A stretch of 64,000 nucleotides of DNA from an uncultured Solirubrobacterales bacterium (GCA_963849285.1 CAWKGS010000004.1:180800-244799), one strand, 5' to 3'; counted from the first letter of the stretch, positions 12,763 through 22,283 are shown. The notes: a model not told the origin generated them from the sequence alone. Translations and numbers: made by a program.

Positions 12763-13903
12763 AGGCCATGGCCGGCGCGTCCTCGTCATCGGGGGCGGCA
12801 TCGCCGGGTCGACCCTGACGGTGGCATTGCACCAGCGCGGCATCGATGTCGAGCTCGCCGAGGTTCAGGACGAGTGGAAACCTGTCGGGGCCGGTCTGAC
12901 GTTGATGGGCCCAGCGCTGAGGGCGCTGAAAACGATCGATCTCATCGACGCCGCGGTCGGAGCGGGAGCGAGTCTCTACCGCTTCGCGGTCGGAAACGAG
13001 CGCACCGAGGTGACTTCGATGAGCGAGCTGCCGCGGCTGAACGGGCCGGACTATCCCCCGATCGTCCAACTGAGCCGTCCGGCGTTTCACGGACTGCTCG
13101 CCGACGCGGTGCGAGCGGCCGGCGTGCCGGTGACGCTCGGCGTGACGGCAGAGTCGGTCGAGCACGCAGATGGCCGCGTCGATGTCACGCTCACCAATGG
13201 TGAAAGTCGGACATACGACCTCGTCGTCGGCGCGGACGGCGCGCACTCACTCGTTCGGGCCCTGACCTTCCCGGAGATCGGAAAACCTCGCCTGACCGGG
13301 CAGGCCGTGTGGCGCGCAATGATCGATCGACCATCCGGGCTCGGTTCGACCTTCGCGGACGGCAACCTGTACATGTTCTATGGCCCGCGCAACAAGACGC
13401 TCGCGATTCCCACCTCCGAGCACCAGATCTACATCGCCCTGGTGGAGAATTTCGATGACCCCGTCCGGCCAGAAGCGGATCGACTACCGGAGCTGCTCCG
13501 TGATCAGTTGGTCGACTACAGCGGCTTTCTCGCGGTGTTGCGGGAGCGGATCACCAGCCCCTCCCAGGTCCTCTGGCGGGCACTCGAGGTGCTGTTCGTT
13601 CCCTCGCCGTGGTATCGCGGAAATGTCGTCCTGATCGGAGACGCGGCCCACACCACGACCGCGCATCTAGCAAGCGGAGCTGGGATCGCGATCGAGGACG
13701 CGATCGTGCTCGCCGAGGAGCTGGCGGCGGAGGGGCCCGTGCAGGGCGCACTCGATCGATTCATGCGCCGTCGCTACGAACGCTGCCGGATGGTGGTCGA
13801 GAACTCCATCCAGCTTGGAGAGTGGGAGCAGAGGCCCACCGCTGACGCCGATCCGGTGGCACTGACCAACGAGAGCTGGAAGCAGCTCGCCGAGCCGATC
13901 TAA
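12755..13903 (+). CDS. Class A FAD-dependent aromatic monooxygenase (UbiH/salicylate hydroxylase superfamily)
   Basis: Motifs IGGGIAG, VGADGAHS and VLIGDAAH...GAGIAIED. Confidence 0.9.
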   Translation: MARGHGRRVLVIGGGIAGSTLTVALHQRGIDVELAEVQDEWKPVGAGLTLMGPALRALKTIDLIDAAVGAGASLYRFAVGNERTEVTSMSELPRLNGPDYPPIVQLSRPAFHGLLADAVRAAGVPVTLGVTAESVEHADGRVDVTLTNGESRTYDLVVGADGAHSLVRALTFPEIGKPRLTGQAVWRAMIDRPSGLGSTFADGNLYMFYGPRNKTLAIPTSEHQIYIALVENFDDPVRPEADRLPELLRDQLVDYSGFLAVLRERITSPSQVLWRALEVLFVPSPWYRGNVVLIGDAAHTTTAHLASGAGIAIEDAIVLAEELAAEGPVQGALDRFMRRRYERCRMVVENSIQLGEWEQRPTADADPVALTNESWKQLAEPI

Positions 13904-14182
13904 ACAGAGGTCGTGACCGCCAGTGGGGATGGGAGCGCCCGGCTCTGGGACCCGGCTACCGGCGAGCAGCTTGCGGCGCTCGGCGGGTTCACCGGCACTG
14001 TCTTCGCGGCATCGTTCTCGGCTAACGGGACGCGCGTGATGGCGGTCAGCGGAGACGGGTCGACCCGGGTGTTCGCCTGCGACGTGTGTGGGACCGTGGC
14101 GCGTGTGACCGGGGCCGCGAGGCGCCTGGTGCCCTGGAGCCTGACGGCGACCGAGCGGCAGAAGTACCTATCGGGCACCTGA
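13904..14182 (+). pseudogene. C-terminal remnant of a WD40-repeat protein
   Basis: TEVVTASGDGSARLWD...FSANGTRVMAVSGDGSTRVFACDVCG begins mid-repeat directly after the previous stop codon, with no RBS. Confidence 0.8.
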
Positions 14183-14216
14183 CGCGGACGCCCCAGCCCG
14201 GTCGAGGCCTAACTGG

Positions 14217-14687
14217 CTAGCCCACCGCCGCTGGCCGTTGCGCCTGCTGGACGACCGGATGCGCGCTCGACGACGACGGCGATCCGAGGTGAGCGTCGAG
14301 CGCCGTGACCTTCTCGGTGTCGAGGTAGACACGAAGCTCGTGGATCAGTCCCCAGCGGACGAGGATCCACTCGGCGCCGGCGTTCTCGTAGACGTGGCCG
14401 TCGGGCGCAACCATGCGATCGGTGAAGCGCATGAAGATGCGCGTGTTCCACGGGGGGCCGGCGACGGCCGCGTCGTGCACGTGGAACTCGGGTCGCAGCG
14501 AGGCGAAGCGGCGCATCCAAGCGGCGACCGCGGGCTTGCCCCGGTGCTCGCCGCCGAACGAGCTCTCGCCCGCGAACACGAGGCGTACGTCGGCGGCCAG
14601 CGCCAGCAGGGGCAGCCGTAGCTGGCCCTTCACGAGCTTCTGCTCGTAGATGAAGGCCAGCAGTCGCTTCACGATCCACGAATACAT
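14217..14687 (-). CDS. SnoaL/NTF2-like family protein
   Basis: ADVRLVFAG...GEHRGK and RWGLIHELRVYLDT pattern. Confidence 0.75.
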   Translation of the reverse strand: MYSWIVKRLLAFIYEQKLVKGQLRLPLLALAADVRLVFAGESSFGGEHRGKPAVAAWMRRFASLRPEFHVHDAAVAGPPWNTRIFMRFTDRMVAPDGHVYENAGAEWILVRWGLIHELRVYLDTEKVTALDAHLGSPSSSSAHPVVQQAQRPAAVG

Positions 14688-14749
14688 CTCGTCTCCCGTC
14701 TTCCCGAAGGCGCCTACGATTATCCCTCCGCCCAGCGCGAGGACCGCGG

Positions 14750-15256
14750 CTAGCGTCCGCCCAGCTCCAGGACCGCGTCGAGCACCGCGAGCGAGGCGCG
14801 GGCTGTGCCGTCGACGAGCGCCTCGATGTCGCGGCCCTCGACGGCGGTGACGAACACCACGCCGTCACGGCTGATGTTCCATCCGGGCGCCCTGACCAGC
14901 CGCTCGGCGAGCTCCCGCCAGCCTCGTGGTCGCCCGGCGATCTCGATCGCGCCGCCCATGTCGTCGATGTCGTAGCGGTGCTCGCGGCGGCGGACGCGAA
15001 CCCGTATCGGCCTGCCGGGCATGTAGGACAGCCCGGTCGTCCGGACGTCCTCCGAGCGGTCATCCGCGTCTCGAGCGGATCGGGCGAGCGCCGGCCACGA
15101 CCGGTAGCCCAGCTCCGCGGCAATCGCTCGCTGAGCGTCCGTCAGCCGTGGCGTGCGGTCCTCGCGCAGTCGAGCGACCGCGTCGGGGTCGCCGGCGCGT
15201 GCGTCACGAAGCAGCTCCTTCGCGCGCCGCCGCGCCTGCTGGATGTCGATCTCCAT
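14750..15256 (-). CDS. Hypothetical two-domain protein
   Basis: RBS GGAGGAG precedes ATG 15256. The N-terminal ARRRAKELL...DAQRAIAAELGYRSWPAL helical module resembles those seen ahead of ankyrin proteins. Confidence 0.6.
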   Translation of the reverse strand: MEIDIQQARRRAKELLRDARAGDPDAVARLREDRTPRLTDAQRAIAAELGYRSWPALARSARDADDRSEDVRTTGLSYMPGRPIRVRVRRREHRYDIDDMGGAIEIAGRPRGWRELAERLVRAPGWNISRDGVVFVTAVEGRDIEALVDGTARASLAVLDAVLELGGR

Positions 15257-15419
15257 CACGATCTCCTCCGACGGCGCCCGGTGCTCGCATCCCGCGCGCC
15301 GGAGTGGATCGCGAGGAACGCTCCTCAACACGAGGTGATGGGCCTCGGGCCCTGTCCGCGAGCCGGACGCGCTCACCTGGGCGCGCAGCCGGAATTCTAC
15401 CGCCTCACAAGCCGCGTCT

Positions 15420-15448
15420 TTGACATACGTACAGCCTGTATGTATGAT
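15420..15448 (+). promoter_or_regulatory. Housekeeping sigma promoter for atpE
   Basis: TTGACA (15420-15425), 17 bp, TATGAT (15443-15448); RBS GAGGAGG before ATG 15488. Confidence 0.85.
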
Positions 15449-15470
15449 GCGTACACCCTGTACGTGTCAT
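15424..15470. promoter_or_regulatory. Two tandem palindromic operator-like sites (CGTACA-N3-TGTAYG) overlapping the promoter
   Basis: CATACGTACAG-C-CTGTATGTATG centred at 15435 and CGTACA-CCC-TGTACG centred at 15457. Confidence 0.65.
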
Positions 15471-15487
15471 CCGCGAGGAGGTCAACA

Positions 15488-15748
15488 ATGTCGATCCATG
15501 TGCTGACACTTGCCGCCACCCTCAGCAACGACGGGCTCAAGTCCCTGGCGATCGGCGTCGCCGGTGGCCTCGGCGCGATCGGCGCCGGCGTCGGGATCGG
15601 ACCGATCTTCGCCAAGTCGATGGAGTGCATCACCCGTCAGCCGGAGATGCGTGAGGAGATCACGAGCATCCAGTGGCTCGGGTTCGCCCTCACCGAGGCG
15701 TGCTTCTTCTACGGGCTCGTGGCCGGTCTGATCGCATACGTGCTCTGA
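15488..15748 (+). CDS. atpE: F0F1 ATP synthase subunit c, stand-alone copy
   Basis: GxGxxGxGxGxG helix, RQPE loop and LTEA carboxylate helix; 86 aa. Confidence 0.9.
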   Translation: MSIHVLTLAATLSNDGLKSLAIGVAGGLGAIGAGVGIGPIFAKSMECITRQPEMREEITSIQWLGFALTEACFFYGLVAGLIAYVL

Positions 15749-15768
15749 GGGCAGCGATACTGACGCGG

Positions 15769-16734
15769 ATGGTCCGGATCGCGGTCCTCGACGACTACCA
15801 GCGGCGGGCTCACGAGTTCGCCGATTGGAGCTGGCTCGGGCCCGAGGCGCAGGTCAGCTACTTCCACGAGCCGATCGAGCGCTCGGAACTGCCGGCGACG
15901 CTGGCGCAGTTCGAGGTGCTGGTTCTGATGCGAGAGCGCACCGCGTTCCCGCGCGAGGTGCTCGAGCAGCTCCCGGACCTCCGGCTGCTGGTCACCACCG
16001 GGATGCGCAATGCGTCGGTGGACGTCCCCTACCTGTCCGAGCGCGGCGTGGTGGTCTCCGGGACGAGCGTCGGCGGAGCCCAGGGCGCCGGCGTGCCGAG
16101 CACGGCCGAGGTTGCGTGGGCCCTGATCCTCGCGATGTTCAAGCGCGTGACCACCGAGGATCGCGCGCTCAGGCAGGGACGCTGGCAGGTCGGCCTGCCG
16201 CGCAACCTCGCCGGCGCCACGCTGGGGCTTGCCGGGCTCGGGCGCCTCGGCGGCGCGATGGTGGCGCCCGCCCACGCGTTCGGCATGGACGTGATCGCCT
16301 GGAGCCAGAACCTCACGGACGAGCAAGCCGCAGAGCACGGGGTCGAGAAGGTGTCCAAGGACGAGCTGCTCGAGCGATCGGACGTGCTCTCGATCCATCT
16401 CGTGCTGAGCGACCGCACGAAGGGTCTGATCGGCCAGCGGGAGCTGGCGCTGATGAAGCGCACCTCGGTCCTGATCAACACCTCCCGCGGACCGATCGTC
16501 GATGAAGGGGCGCTGATCGACGCGCTGCGCGACGGCCGGCTCGCCGCCGCCGGACTCGACGTCTACGACCGCGAGCCGCTACCGGCCGACCACGAGCTGC
16601 TGCGCCTCGAGAACACGGTCCTGCTTCCCCATCTGGGATACGTGAGCGAGTCAGGGCTGCGCGCGATGTACGGCGAGGTGGTCGAGGACATCGCGGCATT
16701 CCTGGTGGGTGCGCCGATCCGGACGCTCCCGTGA
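15769..16734 (+). CDS. D-isomer specific 2-hydroxyacid dehydrogenase
   Basis: Motifs LDDYQ, MRERT, GLGRLG, INTSRG, LDVY and PHLGY. Confidence 0.9.
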   Translation: MVRIAVLDDYQRRAHEFADWSWLGPEAQVSYFHEPIERSELPATLAQFEVLVLMRERTAFPREVLEQLPDLRLLVTTGMRNASVDVPYLSERGVVVSGTSVGGAQGAGVPSTAEVAWALILAMFKRVTTEDRALRQGRWQVGLPRNLAGATLGLAGLGRLGGAMVAPAHAFGMDVIAWSQNLTDEQAAEHGVEKVSKDELLERSDVLSIHLVLSDRTKGLIGQRELALMKRTSVLINTSRGPIVDEGALIDALRDGRLAAAGLDVYDREPLPADHELLRLENTVLLPHLGYVSESGLRAMYGEVVEDIAAFLVGAPIRTLP

Positions 16735-16747
16735 GAGGCGGGCGGCC

Positions 16748-17275
16748 TCACCAGAGATCCCCTTCCCGCCAGTCGCAGGTCAGCTCGCCGTCGAGATCCA
16801 GCGCCGCGCTGACCGGGAGCACGTAGATCGAGCCGTCGTCCTCCTCGGTGCGGACGATCCCCTCCGGTGTCAGGCCGAAGATCGGGCCGCGCCAGAGCCT
16901 CCAGCCGCATGCCTCGTAGAGCGCCGCGCCGTCGTCGGTCGCTCCGAGGGCGCCAAGCTCGTATGCGCCGCGAATGACCGGCTCGAGCGCGCGCAGCAAC
17001 GTCGCCCCATGGCCGCGCCTGCGATGCGCGGCATCCACAGCGACCCCCTCGACGTAGCCCGTGCGGAGCGCTCGACCGGCGTGCATGATCCGGCGCTGCA
17101 CGAGCGAGGCGTGGCCGATCAGCTCGCCTCCCTCCCAAACGAGGGCGTGCATGCCGCCGAGGGTGTGCTCGTAGGCGAGCTCTGTCATCTCCTCGCCGAA
17201 GACCCGATCGAGCAGGGCGCGGATCGCCCGCGGCACCTCGGATCCGAGCGCAGCGGTGTGAACCAGCTGAAGCAC
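16748..17275 (-). CDS. aac(2')-I: Aminoglycoside 2'-N-acetyltransferase-like GNAT
   Basis: EHTLGGMHAL, GYVEGVAV, RGAYELGAL and C-terminal CDWREGDLW recall mycobacterial AAC(2')-Ic. Confidence 0.85.
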   Translation of the reverse strand: MLQLVHTAALGSEVPRAIRALLDRVFGEEMTELAYEHTLGGMHALVWEGGELIGHASLVQRRIMHAGRALRTGYVEGVAVDAAHRRRGHGATLLRALEPVIRGAYELGALGATDDGAALYEACGWRLWRGPIFGLTPEGIVRTEEDDGSIYVLPVSAALDLDGELTCDWREGDLW

Positions 17276-17330
17276 GCCGAAATCCTCCCATCGGGTCGCC
17301 GCGAGCGTATTCTCTGACAGAGGTCAGAGG

Positions 17331-18257
17331 ATGCCGGAAAGCGACGCGATGATCACGCAGGTCCGCCGGTTCAACCGGACCGTGACACAGCGCGCCGGCG
17401 CGCTGGGCGACCGGTTCCTCGATCTGCCACGGCCGCTGGTCGCGTCCCGGGTCCTGTGGGAGATCGGGACCGAGGGCTGCGAGGTGCGCACGCTGCGTTC
17501 GCGATTGGCGCTGGACTCCGCACAGCTCAGCCGCCTGTTGCGAGGGCTCGAAGCACAGCGGCTGATCAACCTTGAACCGAGCCCGCTGGACCGCCGGATC
17601 CGCGTGGCTCGTCTGACCGCGGCGGGCTTCCAGGAGCGCGAGGAGCTCGACCGGCGAAGCGACGAGCTGGCGGGGTCGATCCTGGAGCCGCTGGGCGAAG
17701 CCGAGCGCGGGCAGCTGGTCGCGGCGATGCGCACCGTTGAGCGGCTGATCACCGCCTCTCTGATCCAGATCCGCGTCGTGGACCCCGCGGGCGCCGACGC
17801 ACGCCGGTGCCTGCGCGCCTACTTCGCCGAGCTGAACCGCCGCTCGAGCAGGGGCTACGACCCTTCCCGGGGCATCTCAGCGGAGCCGCACGAGATGCGC
17901 GAGCCGGCCGGGGCTTTCCTCGTGGCCTACCTGCGCGACGAGCCGATCGGCTGTGGCGGCGTCAAGCACCATCCCGGCGAGCCCACCGAGATCAAACGGA
18001 TGTGGGTCGCGGAGTCCGCGCGCGGGCTCGGCCTGGGGCGGAGGCTACTCACCGAGCTCGAGGAGCTGGCTCGAGCAGCGGGAGCCCCGGCCGCTCACAT
18101 CGAGACGAGCGACGTGCTGCACGAGGCGATCTCGTTGTACCTGTCATCCGGCTATCGAGAGGTCCCGCCGTTCAACGACGAGCCGTTCGCCAATCACTGG
18201 TTCGAGAAGCCGCTGCGCTCCTCCGATGACAGGTCCTCGGGCAGCGGAACGTCCTGA
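17331..18257 (+). CDS. MarR-family HTH fused to a GNAT acetyltransferase
   Basis: VRRFNR...wHTH N-terminus; EIKRMWV...RGLGLGRRLL C-terminus. Confidence 0.85.
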   Translation: MPESDAMITQVRRFNRTVTQRAGALGDRFLDLPRPLVASRVLWEIGTEGCEVRTLRSRLALDSAQLSRLLRGLEAQRLINLEPSPLDRRIRVARLTAAGFQEREELDRRSDELAGSILEPLGEAERGQLVAAMRTVERLITASLIQIRVVDPAGADARRCLRAYFAELNRRSSRGYDPSRGISAEPHEMREPAGAFLVAYLRDEPIGCGGVKHHPGEPTEIKRMWVAESARGLGLGRRLLTELEELARAAGAPAAHIETSDVLHEAISLYLSSGYREVPPFNDEPFANHWFEKPLRSSDDRSSGSGTS

Positions 18258-18637
18258 GGTGACGCGCCCGCCTCCTGATCCCACGATGTGAACGCCTCGC
18301 CGTCGCGCCCCTGGTGCTCCCCGCTGGCGCCGAGCGCGATCAGCACCAGGCGCTCCTCACCCGCGTTGACCAGCTGGCGTCGAGCGCGCGGCGCGACCCG
18401 GATCAGCTCGCCCTCGTCAAGCTGGACGGCCTCGCCCTCGACCAGCAGCGTCAGCCGTCCACGGATCACGAGGTAGACCTCCTCCTGATGGCGATGGCGG
18501 TGGATCCGGCCGCGCTGCCCGGGCTCCAGCACGATCTGGTTGACCCCGAACGAGGACACGCCGAGCTGCCGGCGCAGCGGCAGGAAGCGCTCGCCGCAAT
18601 CGGGATCCAGCCTGGTGCGGGCGGTGCCCTCCTCCAT
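18194..18637 (-). CDS. Cupin domain protein
   Basis: HRHRHQEEVYLVIRG motif. Confidence 0.8.
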   Translation of the reverse strand: MEEGTARTRLDPDCGERFLPLRRQLGVSSFGVNQIVLEPGQRGRIHRHRHQEEVYLVIRGRLTLLVEGEAVQLDEGELIRVAPRARRQLVNAGEERLVLIALGASGEHQGRDGEAFTSWDQEAGASPQDVPLPEDLSSEERSGFSNQ

Positions 18638-18679
18638 CGCGCAATAGTCTCCCAGGTCCCCGGGGGCGCGTCGCCTCCT

Positions 18680-20858
18680 CTATGCCCGAGCGGGCTCGTG
18701 CGTCAGGCGCGGAAGCCGATGCAGCGGCCGCGGCAGATACCAGTTCGCCTCGCCGAGCAGCTTCATCGTCGCCGGCAGCAGCACCGCCCGCACGATCGTG
18801 GCGTCGAGCAGGATCGCGACGGCGAGGCCGACGCCCATCTGCTTGAACTCGAGCGCGCCGAGGGAGCCGAAGATCGCGAAGACCGCGACCATCACGATCG
18901 CCGCGCTGGTCACCGGCCCGGCGGTCGACTTGATCCCGTAGGCGACCGCGTCCGCCGTGCTCATGCCGCGGTCGTGACCCTCGCGGATCCGGCTGATGAT
19001 GAACACGTGGTAGTCCATCGATAGCCCGAACAGGATCACGAACAGGAACAGGGGGAGCCAGGCGGCGATCGCGCCGGTCGAGGTGAAGCCGAGCAGCGGT
19101 TGCGCCCAGGTGTGCTGGAACACCAGCACCAGCACTCCGTAGGCCGCGCCCACCGACAGCAGGTTCAGGACGATCGCGGTGATTGCCATCACCATCGAGC
19201 GGAACGTGACCAGCAGCAGCAGGAACGCCATACTGAGCACGAACGCGAGCACGATCGGGGCATGGGCCCTCATCGAGTTGTTGAAGTCCAGCGCGCCCGG
19301 CGGTCGGCCCCGTGACGAACACGGTCACCCCCGGGAGGTGTCCGAGCGTGGCCGGGATCAGCTGCCCCCGAAGCACCGTCAGCGCGGCGTTGGAGGCCGG
19401 GTCCGTGCCGGTACCGGAGAGCGGCATCGAGACCGCCGCGACGTTTCGCTGGGAGTTGACCATCAGCTCGAACGGCTGGTGAATCCGGCCGCTCGCGAGC
19501 GCTCGGCGCTCGAGCGCGGCGATCGCGTTGCGGACCGGCGGCGCGGTCACGTTCGGCGCCTGGATCACTACCGTCGCGGGCTGCGCCCCGCCCGGGAAGG
19601 CGGCCTCGATCCGCTTGATCGTCTTGACGATCGGCAATCCCTGCGGGAGGCCCTGGAGCCCCGGCTGCGCGGTGTGCAGCCCGGCGGCGGGGACGAGCAA
19701 CGCGACGAGCAGGCCGCCGGCGACCAGGACCGACGCGACCGGCCGCGCCAGCACCCGGTCCACGACCGCGCCCCAGATCCGTGGCTCGCCGCCGCGCTCG
19801 CGCCGGCGGGCGAGGAACGGAACCCGGCCGCGCATGACCCGGTCGCCCAGCTTCGAGAGCAGTGCGGGCAGCACCGTCAGCGATCCGAGCACGGCGACCG
19901 CGACGACCAGAATCGTGCCGGTCGCCATCGAGGCGAACGTCTTGTTGCCGGCGAGATACATCCCCGCCATCGCGGTGATCACCGTCAGGCCCGAGACGAG
20001 CACGGAGCGGCCCGAGGTCGCCGCGGCCGCGGCCAGCGCGGCCTGCTCGTCACGACCGGCGGCTCGCTCCTCGCGCTCGCGCCGCATGTAGAACAGCGAG
20101 TAGTCGACGCCGACGGCCATGCCGATCAGCAGCACGGTCTCCGAGACGACCGGGTCCACGGGGAACAGCTGGCTGATCAGCGCGACGATCCCGAGCGTCG
20201 CCCCGACGCCGGTGATCGCCAGCAGCACGGGGATCCCGGCGGCGACGAGCGCACCGAACGCCAGTACGAGAATCGTGAGCGTGATCGGCAGCGACAGCGT
20301 CCGGGACTTGGCGAAGTCGTCGTTGAAGCTCTGGCTCAGCGCCTGATCGGCGCTTGCGTCGCCGGCCTGCGCGATCTCCAGCTGGGGATGGTCGCGCTGG
20401 GTTGCCGCGCTCGCCGTCAGGGACGCACCGACGCGATCACTCGCGGTGTTCGCGTTCCCCGTGATCTCGAAGCCCACTAGGACGGCGTGCCCGCCACGCG
20501 CGATCTCGCCCGCGTTCCCGCCCTGGAGCGGGGAGCGCACGTTGCGCACCGAGCGCAATCCGCTCAATCGCCCCACGAGGTCGTCGACCGCCGACCGGAA
20601 GGCTGGGTCGCGGACCGTCAGCGTCGCGCTCTGGATCAGCACCTGCTCGTTCGCGTGAGGCGGGAGCCGCGCGTGGAGGATCCGATCGGCGCGCCCCGAG
20701 TCGCCGACGCCGGTGTCCTGCGAGGGGATGTGCCTGGTCCCCACGGCGCCGCCGATGAGCACGGCGAGCAGCACGAAGACCAACCAGCCGATGATCGCTG
20801 TCCGGCGGTGTGCCGCGCTCCATCGACCTGCGCGCGCCGCCACGTTGCCTCTGTGCAC
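18680..20858 (-). CDS. MMPL/RND family transporter, frameshifted near 19295
   Basis: AVGVDYSLF...REE, SGRSVLVSG, GLSMDYHVF and LLDATIVR; RBS GGAGG before GTG 20858. Confidence 0.9.
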
Positions 20859-21011
20859 CTCGTCCTCCAATCGGTCGTTTTCCGAGCGAAGGCAGCGTCT
20901 CAGCGCACCACCGCGCCGACCATGCGGCGGCCTGGCGTTCATGCAGCGGCGTGCACCCGAGCGCTGTCGGGTTATCCCCAGGTCGCGCAGCGAGTATCTT
21001 CCAGCGCGCGA

Positions 21012-21536
21012 ATGGCTGAGGGCACGTTCTACACGGCCGCAGCGTCTACTTCGTTCGCGCTGCTCGGCTTCTGGTGGGTGGTGGTGTCGCAGCGGTTCCG
21101 GGACTGGATCCGGTATCCCTCCCGGCGCCGCCAGGCCTATTCCATCTCTATGTACTTCATGCTGCCGGCGCTGATGAGCCTCGCGGCGCTGGTTGGGCCC
21201 AAGAGCGTTTGGCGGATCGCATTCGCGGCCTCGGCAGCGCTCGGTCTGTTCGAGGTCCTGGCCGCGCTCTCGCGGGCCGACCGCGATCGCCTCGGCATGC
21301 GCGTGCGGGCCTTCCTCGGCATCGCGGTCCCCCTGTTCCTGGTGGTCATCGCGGTCGCCATCCACCCGACCTTGCCGACGGACCTCGGCATCTCACTGAC
21401 CGCGCTGGAGACCGAGGCGGTGATGGTGGTGATCCTGCTGCTGCTCGGCGTCAACTTCGCGTGGTGGCTGCTGTTCGAGGAGTTCCTGACCGAGGAGTCG
21501 GCAGACCTGGAAATCCCGAGCGAGACATCGCCCTGA
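21012..21536 (+). CDS. Hypothetical membrane protein (about 5 TM)
   Basis: Hydrophobic segments and normal codon usage in the 3' part of ORF 20487..21536. Confidence 0.7.
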   Translation: MAEGTFYTAAASTSFALLGFWWVVVSQRFRDWIRYPSRRRQAYSISMYFMLPALMSLAALVGPKSVWRIAFAASAALGLFEVLAALSRADRDRLGMRVRAFLGIAVPLFLVVIAVAIHPTLPTDLGISLTALETEAVMVVILLLLGVNFAWWLLFEEFLTEESADLEIPSETSP

Positions 21537-21539
21537 GGG

Positions 21540-22283
21540 ATGGCTCGAGCACCGGTTCGCATCGGCGTCCTCACCGGTCTCCTCGCCGCGGCCGCGATCG
21601 TGGTTTACGGCGGCTACGGTCATCACTGGTCGTGGACCGGGATCAACGGCCATACCGCGACGCTCTGGGACTGGCTGCACCTGCTGATGCTGCCGGTCGC
21701 CGTCGCGGTCCTGCCGGTGTGGCTCAGCCGCCACACGCGACTGGGGCGGCCGCACAAGCTCACGGCGCTGGTGATCGCCGGCGCGTTCGGGGCGCTCGTG
21801 CTCGCGGGCTACATGATCCCGTGGGCGTGGACCGGATTTCGCGGCAACAGGTTGTGGGACTGGCTCGAGCTGCTCGCGCTCCCGCTCGCCGTCGCGCTCG
21901 CCCCGGTGTACTCGGAGCTGCGCGAGACGTGGACGCGCCGTCACACGCTGCTGGTGTTGGCCGGCCTGGCGCTGTTCGCGGTGGTCGTGCTGGCGGGCTA
22001 TCTGGTCCCGTGGCTGTGGACCGGGTTTCGCGGCAACACGCTCTGGGATTGGCTGCACCTGCTGCTGCTGCCCCTGTTGATCCCGCTGATCGCCGTGCCC
22101 CTGGTCAAGCCGATGGCGACCACCGGCATCTACGTCGACGACGGTCTCGAGGACCAAGCCACCACGGCGGCCCCCGAAGCGGCGGCCCCCGAAGCGGCGG
22201 CCGCCCCCGAAGCGGCCGCCTCCTCGGATGCTCCTAACGGGCCGCGGGCGCGGGCTCCTGGGTCGCCGGCGCGGGCTGAGTAG
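21540..22283 (+). CDS. Membrane protein with three tandem GY-x-W-x-WTG...LWDWL repeats
   Basis: Three ~65-aa repeats, each with two hydrophobic helices. Confidence 0.75.
   Translation: MARAPVRIGVLTGLLAAAAIVVYGGYGHHWSWTGINGHTATLWDWLHLLMLPVAVAVLPVWLSRHTRLGRPHKLTALVIAGAFGALVLAGYMIPWAWTGFRGNRLWDWLELLALPLAVALAPVYSELRETWTRRHTLLVLAGLALFAVVVLAGYLVPWLWTGFRGNTLWDWLHLLLLPLLIPLIAVPLVKPMATTGIYVDDGLEDQATTAAPEAAAPEAAAAPEAAASSDAPNGPRARAPGSPARAE

Noticed and set aside
15488-15748. Na+-translocating c subunit
   Set aside because: It lacks the Gln and the Ser/Thr after Glu (Q...ES/T) of Na+ c-rings; it reads GIGPI...EACF.
22166-22216. Short GCGGCCCCCGAA tandem repeats (AAPEA)
   Set aside because: An ordinary low-complexity tail.
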